From Octopus sinensis (Eukaryota): a stretch of DNA of 64,000 bases. The stretch covers positions 52,142,001 to 52,206,000 of the forward strand of contig NC_043009.1 of assembly GCF_006345805.1 (NCBI RefSeq), given 5' to 3'. The notes under the pieces are model-generated. The model was not told the origin of the DNA. It did no database searches and saw only the letters and a list, made by a program, of their open reading frames with translations. The position numbers were made by a program, and so were the translations under genes. Of this stretch, positions 53,101 through 64,000 are shown piece by piece. Within the stretch, counting starts at the first letter, position 1. The number at the start of each line of letters is the position of its first letter.

Positions 53101-54260
53101 CTGAAAATGCCGGGTACGAAATTCGCTGGTCTGGGCTTCGTGTAGAAACGACATATAAGTAAGGAAACAACAGTTTCGAAATCAAAATGATGTTGGTGGA
53201 TGAAAATGTATCTGCACCCGGTAGATATTAAATGCAGGGCAGTGAACCCCGACCATCTTCCAGTCGCGAGGATGACCACAAAGTGGTCGAAACCAAATGC
53301 GATCTGGAGGTCTCGTGGCTGGAAGGTGGTAGAGATTCATTCTCCTGCCGCAATATATATCAGGTGTACATTTCACCGAATAACCAGCTGGAGGAGGCGT
53401 CCCACTGGGGTCTAAAATAGCAGTAAGGTCGGTTCCTACGAAATAGCCATCTTTCTGTGGCGATAAACATTGCTTCTCACTGTAATTAGTGCTTTCATTC
53501 TTACATATATTTTTAACTAGTGAATTTTCTTGATGCAAAATCATGACTGTGCGTGACTTGATTTCTGTATGTTGCGAGATGCAGTGTAAAACTGCTATTT
53601 CTAGCCTATTTATAGGCTGCCGGGTTCGATCTTTTTGAACTTTCATTCGTTTTCTTTCTTCATTTTTGTCTAAAAACAAAAAAAAGTTCTAGTTTAAGGT
53701 AAAAATTAATCATTATATAAAATATTTTTTAATTAAATTTTTAACATAATGCTCATTCGAACTCATTTAACATTTTTGTATTTGTTTGTCTTGTAATGTC
53801 CTTTTCTATGTACGATCAGTTTGATCATAATAAAGATTTTATTTCTAGCCGACGAGTATCCACCACGATGGATGACCACAAGGAGGTGGAAACATTACTC
53901 TCTCGTGGTCTCATAGCTGGAGGATAATAGGAATCCACGAACCTGCTGGAATATACATTGGGTGCAGATCGCATCAAATAACCAGCTACAGGAGGCGTTC
54001 CCCCTGGGGTTAAAAATAGCCGTACCGTCGGTTCCTACGAGACAGCCATCCTTCAGTGGCGATAAACATTTTTCTCAGGATAATTACTTTCATCTCTTAT
54101 AGAGATTTTCTAACTTGCTAATTTACTTGTTGCAAGGTCAGTGATTGTGTGTCAGTTGATGCGAGCTGGCGTGAACTACTGCTATTTCTAGCGAATGAGT
54201 ATCCACCACGGCATATAGTTAAAAAGAGGTCGAAAACAGACTTTTCTTGGTATAGCTATC
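53101..54260 (+). pseudogene. Decayed tandem array (~340-bp unit, about 2.2 copies) of an unidentified coding-like sequence
   Basis: Shared blocks ctgctatttctagc, gagtatccaccacg, aataaccagct..aggaggcgt, gtcggttcctacga and gtggcgataaacatt. The copies contain stops and frameshifts. Confidence 0.45.
53607..53839. mobile_element. 233-bp insertion with an 11-bp TSD
   Basis: TATTTCTAGCC at 53596-53606 and 53840-53850. The insert ends in aataaagattt. Confidence 0.7.
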
Positions 54261-54747
54261 ATGAAAGTATGACTCCTTCAGTTTTTAAATTATATAAAGT
54301 TTCCGGCAACAAAGATACAGAGTTTTACCGTGGGTATGTGGGCTCCAAAATAAACATGTGAGATTGTGTATTTTAGAAATGTCTTGCATAGTGTTACTGT
54401 TACTGTTAGAGACTATATTTATATTGTACGAACTACCTGGTTATTGGAGTTCACCTCAAAACAGAGAACAAGAAACTGCAAGTTGCTTTGAATGTAACAT
54501 AAAACAATATAATGAAATACACAATAATATAATATACACTCCATATATTTTAGTTGTGTGCGCTTGCGTGGGTGTGCATGTATGTATACAGTAACATATC
54601 GATTCCTACTTACTTGCATACATACATATATATTTTTCCCAAAATTTGTGTAAATGTGCACGCACACAGACACACACAAATATATGTATAGAGACAGAGA
54701 GAACTAGATAGAAAGAGAGAGAGCGATATATATATTATATATTACAT

Positions 54748-54788
<41 letters not shown>

Positions 54789-54813
54789 TACATATATATA
54801 TATATATATACAT

Positions 54814-54852
<39 letters not shown>

Positions 54853-55323
54853 TACACACACACACATATATTATATATATATATTATACATTATATATAT
54901 ATTAAGAAATAGATATACAAATATATGTGTGAGTGTGTGTGTGTACACATACATGCCTGCCTTTAAATTCATACTGTTGCGCATACACGTGTTCTAACGA
55001 GTGTACATAGGCATTATTTCTGTCTTTATACATGCGAAGCGTCAATGTTTTCCTGAAGAAAAAAGTCTTCACAACATTTGGGTGTAAATACACCTGACTC
55101 CAACACCGTTTATTATATTTTGTGAATGTATAATTATACATACATGTTCCTCTAAATAGATGTAATGATATACTTTCATATCTCCTATTGTTTGAAGATA
55201 TGTATCTATATTATCATGTCATTGTCCACGTGTGTTATGCATTTGTATGTTGTATCTTAGTGTATAATTGCGTGTGGTGGTACATGCTAATATGTAATAG
55301 TATATATCTATGTGTATAGGTGT

Positions 55324-55356
<33 letters not shown>

Positions 55357-55516
55357 CCTGTGTGCATGCGTGCATGCTTGTAAATGCATGATATGAATTT
55401 GCTTTTAACTGCTTATAGTTTTTGTTCATCTTCTCAAATATATACCTCCATACCTGTTCATAATCCGAGTGGAAATTGCTTCATAATATATAGGTAACTC
55501 TACAAGGTATACATGC

Positions 55517-55557
<41 letters not shown>

Positions 55558-55714
55558 ATATATATATATATTCATACATATGACAACAACCACAGAATGA
55601 TGCACACATGATTATGCACAGGTGAGCGCGCACGCACACATTGATGTATAATTATATACAACTCGCGTCTATACATATACGGTTATGTCTGCGAGCGTGC
55701 TTGTGTTTGTGACC

Positions 55715-55787
<73 letters not shown>

Positions 55788-56118
55788 TGTTTATATATAT
55801 ATATATATCATATATATACATATATATACGTATATATATATCATAAATAAATATATATATATTTTATATATATATTATATACATATATATTTATACTTAT
55901 GTATACATATGTATATATATGGCTATATATGCGTATGTTCTTATGTTTTTATTGCTACAGATAGATATATTCACCAGATCACAAGTATTTTTCAATGTAG
56001 TTGTGAATATATTTTGCGGCTGATTCTATGGTCGTTATCAGCAAAAAGTATGCTTCTTTCAAGTTTTTTCCACACGTATGACAACAGGTATACACACACA
56101 CACACACATACACACACA

Positions 56119-56203
<85 letters not shown>

Positions 56204-56213
56204 GGGAGAGAGT

Positions 56214-56248
<35 letters not shown>

Positions 56249-56936
56249 ATAGATACATACATACATACATACATACATACATACACATAGATATATATAC
56301 ATACATACATATATATTCATGTACACATGAAATGCATACATATATTTGTACGATACGTAAGGGATTATTAATAGAGAATACGAAAAATAACTGATACTAT
56401 TAATGGTGTTTGCATATTGCAGTCAGTAGTAAACATATCCATAATTGTATGTCTTCACTGTATGCACACATGCGCGCACACACACACACGCACTCACAAA
56501 CACATACACACACACACACGCAGAAGCATACACACTTATGATGTGTAACAAATCGTTTTTCGCCATGGGCTCTTAGGAGCATAGTTCGATTTGTTTTTTG
56601 CTCCGCCTCTGTTCTGTTTTGTTTTTCCAAACGGATTTCCTTTTCTTCCTGAGAGAAAACACACAATATGGTCCCATTATTCAATCGGATTTTGGTATTT
56701 GTGCCTTTCGAAACACGTGTAGAATGAAATAAACGATTTCTGTTCAATCTGCGTTCAGCTCCATTTCTTCAATTCACCAATAATGTTTTAATTTCAATTA
56801 TCCGCACCAACGCACGGTTGCAACACCATATGGTTGTACCTCCAACCGTGCTGTTTACTGCTGTGATTTTTGCTACTAAGGTATCGGTTAAACTTTTGAT
56901 TATCTACTACAAGATTATTCATCTTCTATTTCACAT

Positions 56937-56978
<42 letters not shown>

Positions 56979-57149
56979 TAATATATATATATATATAATT
57001 ATTATATATATATATATATATTACGTTATATAATTAGGGTTCAGTAAAATAATTTACTTTACCACACACCGGAACTTCTAGAAATAGCAGCCAAAAAATC
57101 TTAGCTATTTCTTCTACTATAAGAAAAATCTCCCAGACAATGCATACTC

Positions 57150-57280
57150 AAAAATAATTATACATTTTTGGAAGATGGGGCACCTTGTTTCACGGCTAAA
57201 ATGACCCGAGAATTGTCGGATAAGAATGGTATTAAAAAGCTTCCATCGCCAGGCCAGTCACCAGATATGAACTCTATAGC
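57150..57280 (+). mobile_element. Tc1-like transposase fragment
   Basis: FLEDGAPCFTAKMTRE...GIKKLPSPGQSPDMNSI matches FQQD.AP.H.A....W...WP.QSPD.NPIE. It is cut by a family-A SINE head at 57281-57323 (minus strand). Confidence 0.7.
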
Positions 57281-57832
57281 ATTTCGCCCGCCACAATAAC
57301 GGTTCTGCCAAATCGCCGCCTTTCTTCTAACTAATAATGACTTACGCATGTGGCTAGTATATCCCGCATCCATGGTAAACATTCACGAAATACTTATGGT
57401 AATCACTTCATATCAAGGTTACTAATTTCTTTTTCCTCTTCGTCTGTGCTTTTGATAATGGTTTGCCGATTTCTAACTGAAACTGAATCTTAGCCGCATT
57501 TCTTCTGCTTTTCAAGCAACTGGTTTGCTCTTTTCCTAGTAGTTTATTATTATTATTAATTTATTTTACTATATCATTGCAGTTAATGGTTTTTCTAAGC
57601 CGTGGAAAATCATGTCATGGCTCTGTAAGTTTTAGTCTTCGCTGTTTCTGTAGTCTTCATGCTGAATATAGCATTCAATTAGTATTCCCCTCGGCAAACC
57701 AGTTAAGCGTTATATCCAACTCTTTCTGCACTCATATTTAATCTAGCAGAAGAAACATTTTAACTAGATATTTGCGACAGATTCTTTTCTGATAACTTCT
57801 ACCTCTTTGTTTTTCTTATATATATATATATA

Positions 57833-58795
57833 TAGTGACAACGCAACCTTCACACAACGCCAAAATAAAGAACTATATTTCATAAAAAAATTTAGACCAA
57901 GTTTAAACACCCTGGGCCAGGAATACTAAAACAAAAGATAAGTCCTCCGAAAAGGAGAACCAAATTTCACCACGGCCGCTACTTCAAACAGACACTCCAC
58001 TCTGACGGAAATATGCCTTAGTAAAAAGGAAAAAAAAATTCTTTCGTGCAAATCTGACCCTGATACATACGATACAGCTAAGGGTCAGACCCGATTCTGA
58101 TTGGTCAACAAGTTGATGACGTTAGCTCTGCTAGAATGGACAGGATACAAACAGGGGACAGTCATTAGTCAGAATATTGATGACGTCCTTTTCTGCTTGA
58201 ATAGTCACCTAACAAGTACAGACAGGGGGCAGATCTAATGTAGCTATAAGTCGTGATTGGGCAGAATCTGGATGACGTCCCGCTATGCTTGACTAACGAA
58301 GCGACTGGTCAAGACAGGAAACAAACAAGAGGGAGTTATAATGCAGCAGCGATTGGTCAAAATAATGATGACGTCCCGTTCCACTTGGTTAAAGCCACCT
58401 AACGAAACGATTGGTCAAAACATTGATGACGTCACGCTACGCTAGATTGACCACCTAACAGGCATTATAAAACCGAGCATTTCACAAAAACTCACTAGAA
58501 CCACCCAGCGAACTTCCACCATGGTCATCACAATTGCTTAAGGTAAAAATGAATTCCTCGCTCTTTCGGAAACATCAATCTTCTGTATTGACCGCTTCCA
58601 CCACTTTGATCTGTTTTTGTATTGAATACGTATCGCCACCGTGGGCCACTGCATCGAACACTTTGAACATATACTTCAAACTATATATCAACTATACATG
58701 AACTATATATCAACTATACATGAACTCTAAGATGTGTTCTGACTCCGTTGTGTATTATAAATGAATTTCTTGTGTTTGACGGCATGAGCTGTCTC
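57833..58795 (+). mobile_element. Putative solo LTR inserted in TA repeat
   Basis: Imperfect inverted ends (agtgaca...tgtctct) next to TA runs, an internal modular promoter and a TATA box. No coding region. Confidence 0.45.
58100..58498 (+). promoter_or_regulatory. Pol II promoter-like array: 5 x ATTRG-N10-GATGACGT, TATAAAA, Inr
   Basis: Modules start at 58100, 58164, 58256, 58352 and 58410. TATAAAA at 58466-58472; TCACT at 58492-58496. Confidence 0.65.
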
Positions 58796-59942
58796 TTTTT
58801 ATATATAACTTTTTGATAAGGTTCATTTCAGGAACTGAAACATGTTATAATGTATATATAAAAATTAAAAAATTGTATAATACAGCAGCATTTTCGAACT
58901 TCATTCTTTACAAATATTATATATATATATATACTTCTCGCAGTATTCGTACAGTCCTCCACCGAAGCAAGTTCAAATTTTGCGTTCTTTATTACCAGCA
59001 AACATATACAATGATTACATCGTTACCCATACATCTACTCGTAATAATATTAATCCTCTGCATATCAGGGTTGATTTCTATTTTGTGTTCATCTATTTCT
59101 TAGGGGCGGAGTGCAAACCTTTCATTTGTACACAAAAATCGTTATCCTTTTTTTATTCCGATTAATTTCTGTTTGATTAAGTGAGAACATAACGCTTCAG
59201 GCATCCTTCGATTTCAAATAATTTACTCTCAGTTTATCATTTTCCTTTTCCAGTTTTGAGTTTTTATTATTGATTCCATGAAGGGTTGTGAGATTTTTTG
59301 TTGTACATTATCTGTTATTTCTTTATTGATATTTTCCATGTTATTTACTTTCGTTTTCGCATTTCCATTTGAGAAGATCCGAGCGAGGGCCCACATTCCT
59401 TTAAAATTACCCTGGTTTTTTTCATATACTATAAATTAAATCTGGTGGTATTTATACTTGTCTATACGAGGGTGGTCATTGCGTTTTGTATTCTTGCTAC
59501 TTTGTCATTCAAAGTCGTATCTGGGAGCTGCGTCTTATTTCCACTTTAGGTTTACAGTTATTTATTTGTCAGGATTTACTTTTCCAGTGTCCAAGTTAAC
59601 TAGTGTTCAGTGTAAGTTATACTGCATCACAAAATGTATTTGATCTTCTCTTGGGCTTCCTTCGTTGACATTTTTGTCTTATATCAAACCATTTATTGTT
59701 TAGTTTCGTATTTCTCATATGCTCTATACTAAACATCCTTGGTCTCAATTGCGCAGAATTGTTTGAGCGGTGGGCAAGATATGTTATACTGGTTTAATGG
59801 TTTATTCGTTATCCCTTCAAACCACCGTAAGGTCAACATTGTTTTCTTATCTCTGCTGAGGCGATGAAATAATATATCTACCTACCTACCAACTAAAAAT
59901 TTGGAGTCATATAATCGAGTAACCCACTCCAATTAAATTTCC

Positions 59943-60303
59943 GTATTTCGTCTGCCGCTACGTTCCCAGTTCAAATTCCGCCGAGGTCGACTTTGCTTTT
60001 CATCCTTTCGGTGTCGACTAAATAAGCCCCAGTTACGCACTGGGGTCGATGTAATCGACTTAATCCGTGTCTCTGTCCTTGTGTGTCTCCCCTGTCTTTA
60101 GCCCCTTGAGGCATGTAAAAAAAAGGTATTTTATTTGCCGTTACGTTGAGTTCAAATTTCGCCGAGGTCGACTTTACCTTTCATCCTTTTGGGGTCGATT
60201 AAATAAGTACCAGTTACGCACTGGGGTCGATGTAATCGACTTAATCACTTTGTCTGTATGTTTTTGTCTTTTGTATGTTTAGCTCTCTGTGGGCAATAAA
60301 AAT
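59943..60303 (+). mobile_element. Dimer of 5'-truncated family-A SINEs
   Basis: Two colinear copies, both starting near gtattt..t.tgccg.tacgtt and joined through an A8 run at ~60117-60124. Confidence 0.88.
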
Positions 60304-60786
60304 TAAATACTTGATATCAATGTGGATCAGTGAAATGCAAAAAATAGAAACTAAAGTGTCCTTTTATCCCTCAGTATCATCAGAGAATTGACACATGATA
60401 TCATTCCGTCTCAATGTCAAGTTAGATCTGAAACGTTTGAGATCTACGTGTTCATTTGATACTTGTATGGTATAGCATCTTTATCATCATTGCAAAAACT
60501 CCATAGTCACTAGAAAAAGTAATTTTACTCAGAAATACATCATATTGCATTCTTCCCAGAGGAAAAAAAAAACAGGCCTCAAAACTTATCGCCAATATTT
60601 CAGAAAGTCAAGGTTGGTTTATTTGCCTGAGAGTGTGGCGAAATTACCAGCAAATAATATAATTTGTTAAAAATGTAAATGTTAAAGTAATAGGGCATAT
60701 TGCGCACTTAGATACATTGCATCATTCGAAAATATATATGATGGTCACAGCTTGATCAATTTTCTTAATAGGTTTATGCATTTCAG

Positions 60787-60909
60787 GCTGACATGGAGAT
60801 TAAAACATCTACAAGAACCACCGCCACTACCACGGTGGAAACAACATTGGGAAGATTAACAACAATCTCTGAAAGGCGGACATCGGAATTTGTTAATAAT
60901 TTGGCCTAA
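60787..60909 (+). other. Candidate exon or short Thr-rich ORF
   Basis: The acceptor tttatgcatttcag precedes ADMEIKTSTRTTATTTVETTLGRLTTISERRTSEFVNNLA*. No homology recognised. Confidence 0.2.
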
Positions 60910-60971
60910 AAGCAAATGGTTACAAGGCAAAAAGCATACAGTCGTGTAGGAACACTAAGAGAAAACATGAT

Positions 60972-61002
<31 letters not shown>

Positions 61003-61603
61003 CATGGTCACAAACACAAACACGCTCGCAACCGTGGATGTATAGACACGAGTTGTATATAATTATACAATATTAAATGTTAGTTTAATGGATTTTCAGA
61101 TAGAATAACAATTATTAAATACAGATAGAACCAAAGAGCTAATTAAAAGGTTTTATTATTTTATAAGAGATAGTGAGACAGCTAAGGTATGTTTTGCACT
61201 CTTATCCATTGAAAGTTATGAGATATGGATGGCAAAAATTACATCTGCTTTTGTTATATTTTGTTACGCCTCAACGCGGCTTCTTTCCTCGCGGTAAGAG
61301 AGTTAGGTTGCCTGTGTACATATGTATGTGTATGTGAAAATATGCGCTGGAACTCCTGTGTTCTTAAGGCTTTCGAAATGCTTCACATGATCCGCCACTT
61401 GATCAAAGAAAGCAATCCATTACATACGTGACTTCAATCATAGAAGCCATAGAACAGTCAAAGTTTATTCCTAGCAAAATTGCAGATATCTCCCTGACTG
61501 ACTGCTGAAACTATAAATGTATGTACGTATGCATGCATGCAGGTATGTATGTATGTATGTATGTATGTATGTATGTATGTATGTATGTGTGTATGTATGT
61601 ATG

Positions 61604-61634
<31 letters not shown>

Positions 61635-62299
61635 GGAATGAGGGTCTTCTGTTGCCAAAGCACCCTTCTTGAAAGGGTAAATTTCTAATCTTAAAACTTC
61701 GGTTTCAAGCGGTAACTAGTCGTATAGCACCGGCTTACCACTTGGTGCTAATTACGGACGTTCGGAATCGGGTACAAATGTTGTACAAGTGCTTTTCTAT
61801 AAACCAATAGTGTAAAGATGTCTCTTTATGATGCTTACATTAGTTTATCTTCAGAACGCCCTAGGGAGATGGAGGGAGATTTTAATTCGAGAGTTCATTG
61901 GCAGAAATGAGTATACTAGTGACAAATAGGAATTACATGCGCAAAGAGTATAAAGATAGAATATGTATGTGTGTGTATATATGTATGTGCGTATGTATGT
62001 ATTTGTATGTATGCATGTATGTGTGAATGCATGTCTGCCTCTTCTGCATTTAATCATTTAAATTCTTCCACTGAAGGAGCTACTTTCTAAGAAAGATACA
62101 AAGCTCTATCTTTGGAATATAGATAACGAAAACAATGCCACGTTTTAAACGTGAGAAAAGTTTTGCATTTTTTTACTGTTCTACATAAAGATTGTATTTT
62201 TAATGCGCAAAACTGTTGATTAATTCCTTTTTCTGAAAATCAAAGCTGATCCAGATTGACAGTTAGGCATTTATTTACAAAACTAAATGCTCCAATAAT

Positions 62300-62680
62300 T
62301 ACTGGTATGAAATTAAATTTGTAATCCGGACATAGAAGCTAGATGTTTTGAAGCAGTTTCCATAGTAGTCTTCTTTCTCTTCGAAAATCAAAGAGATATT
62401 CATATTAGCAGGAAAGATGACCTCTATTATGGTACATACTTTTCCTTGTGTCTCAAACAACAAAATCCCGCCTGTTATGCCTACACTTGACAGATATTTT
62501 GATGAGAATGTTCCACCAGTTTTTCTTGTCCTGGTATTTGTGTAGGTATTCAATAACACTGGGATTCTCCATATTTATTCCAGGACAGTCTTTTCCCCGA
62601 ATGGTGTTGTATATTGTTTTTGCGACAACGTCATGTCGCATAAGTATGTATGTATAATGGACGTATGAATGCATGTATTT
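62300..62680 (-). mobile_element. R4/REL-clade LINE C-terminal fragment
   Basis: RHDVVAKTIY...WWNILIK..VKCRHNRRDFVV...FIPVIIGA. Confidence 0.65.
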
Positions 62681-62739
62681 ATGAACGATGTATGATGTAT
62701 GCATAAGCACTTGTACACATACATCCCAATGCATGGTTT

Positions 62740-62900
62740 ACCGAAGTAGTCGTTTCTTCGTTTATACTCTGTTCGTGCTTGTCTACTGCACTCCGTTACG
62801 AGATGGCTTATAGTTTTGCTCCTTTTCCCACAGATTCTGTGTTTGAAAGTGGTCCGAAACTTCTTTCAAATTCGTTCTAATAACTTGCCCATGAGTGACT
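62740..62900 (-). mobile_element. R4-like CCHC/RHD region fragment
   Basis: RICGKRSKTISHLVTECSRQARTEYKRRND. Confidence 0.65.
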
Positions 62901-63289
62901 ATATCCTAAGATTATGTTTATTGCTTCACGTTTCAGTCTGTCAGCAATAATCAGTGTTCATTACGGCTATTCTCCTCCGCTTGTTACATGAGTTGCTCAT
63001 TTAATAATTCTTTCTTTTCAAAAAAATTTCCTGTACTTTTTCATTTTGTTGTTATATTCTTTCACTCTAGCAGCGGATATTCTTTTGTCACTAACAACAA
63101 CAAACTAGCTTCATTATGTATGACTTCTGTATCCCCCCCCCAAAAAAAAATTGTATCCTTCACTTTATTAATATTTTTAGTTTGTTTCATAATTTTTTTC
63201 TTTGTATCACATCGAAATGGTAGAATTCAAGTGGGTTCGATCTTGGAAAGAACTCACCACATGTAATCGCATTCATCCAAGTACTTCTC

Positions 63290-63700
63290 TATGATCTTCA
63301 CCGTTCCTAACAAGCAGGCCAAAGACATGTTTCCATGTTCGTTTGCAAGCCAATCATTTCTGACCAGACCTTGAGACTCTTCTCCGTCGTTCGTAAGGCT
63401 CCAGTGACAATTACTACGGCTTTTTTTCTGCAATCCTCTAATCGTTTTATCTCTCTGTTCAGGTCCTGGTATATATCTAGACTGCTGAATTCTACTTTTA
63501 TTCTTGCATCAAATAGACAGGAGAGATAGGTATTTAGTCTGCTACCACTTCTCAAGCATGAAGATATATAGTCTGTTATGCTCGAGAATAAGATCCGTTC
63601 GGATGGGAAAGTCCTAAACCAGTTGAACTTATTCTCCGTCACTTCTTCAGTTACATGTTCATATAACTTGTATTTTGATGAAACGTCAGATCTCGGTCCA
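63290..63700 (-). mobile_element. R4/Dong-like REL C-terminal fragment
   Basis: YQDLNREIKRL.DCRKKAVVIVTGALRTTEKSLKVW...IG. Confidence 0.6.
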
Positions 63701-63848
63701 CATTTCCCAATGTATGGTCAATGCAACATTATATCATGCCTCCAAGATATGCACGATTTCCGTGCGGTTTTGGTATATATGTATCTAAATGTAAAGAAAT
63801 ATACGCATATATATACAAGTATATATAAATACATATATGATACATCTG

Positions 63849-63886
<38 letters not shown>

Positions 63887-64000
63887 GCTCTCGGCCGCCG
63901 GGTATGTTTTGCGTCTGCGCGGATTTACAAACCGTTAGAGCTACACGTGCTCTAACGCTCTGTGCATCTAGGATTTAGAAGGCAACCCACTGACGAACCT

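Noticed and set aside
53182-53679. 165-aa minus-strand ORF as a gene
   Set aside because: It crosses the TSD-bounded insert junction, and the substitution pattern between array copies favours the plus-strand frame.
56812-56851. gcacggttg...caaccgtgc hairpin
   Set aside because: An isolated 9-bp stem with no terminus or family context.
58640-58670. gcatcgaacactttgaac resembling 5.8S rRNA
   Set aside because: Only ~18 nt of imperfect match with no flanking rRNA similarity.
62925-62962. Minus-strand CTGATTA...GAAACGTG hammerhead-like order
   Set aside because: G8 is lost without compensation, the cleavage triplet is GUG (not UH), and stem I does not pair.

Overview
AT-rich, microsatellite-saturated eukaryotic DNA. 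The SINE and LINE repertoire looks cephalopod (Octopus-like), which is my inference from recalled repeat families and not a database result. I find no intact protein-coding gene, and most of the supplied ORFs are microsatellite translations. Recognisable content: (1) three tRNA-headed SINE families (about 20 copies, several as head-to-tail multimers); (2) decayed non-LTR retroelements (R4/Dong-like RT and REL-endonuclease ends, an RTE-like RT, a Penelope GIY-YIG end, and a possible L1/Tx1 piece); (3) four mariner remnants and one Tc1 remnant; (4) hairpin and foldback elements; (5) at least five minimal type-I hammerhead-ribozyme-like motifs from several repeat families. The least explained structures are a ~960-bp LTR-like element with five exactly spaced ATTGG-N10-GATGACGT modules ahead of TATA/Inr (57.8-58.8 kb), a decayed tandem array with coding-like divergence at 53.1-54.3 kb, a B-box-less SINE dimer inside one 15-bp TSD (24.7-25.2 kb), and a 640-bp foldback centred on (TA)n (8.56-9.20 kb). 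All alignments and translations were done by eye, so element ends are approximate unless stated exactly.
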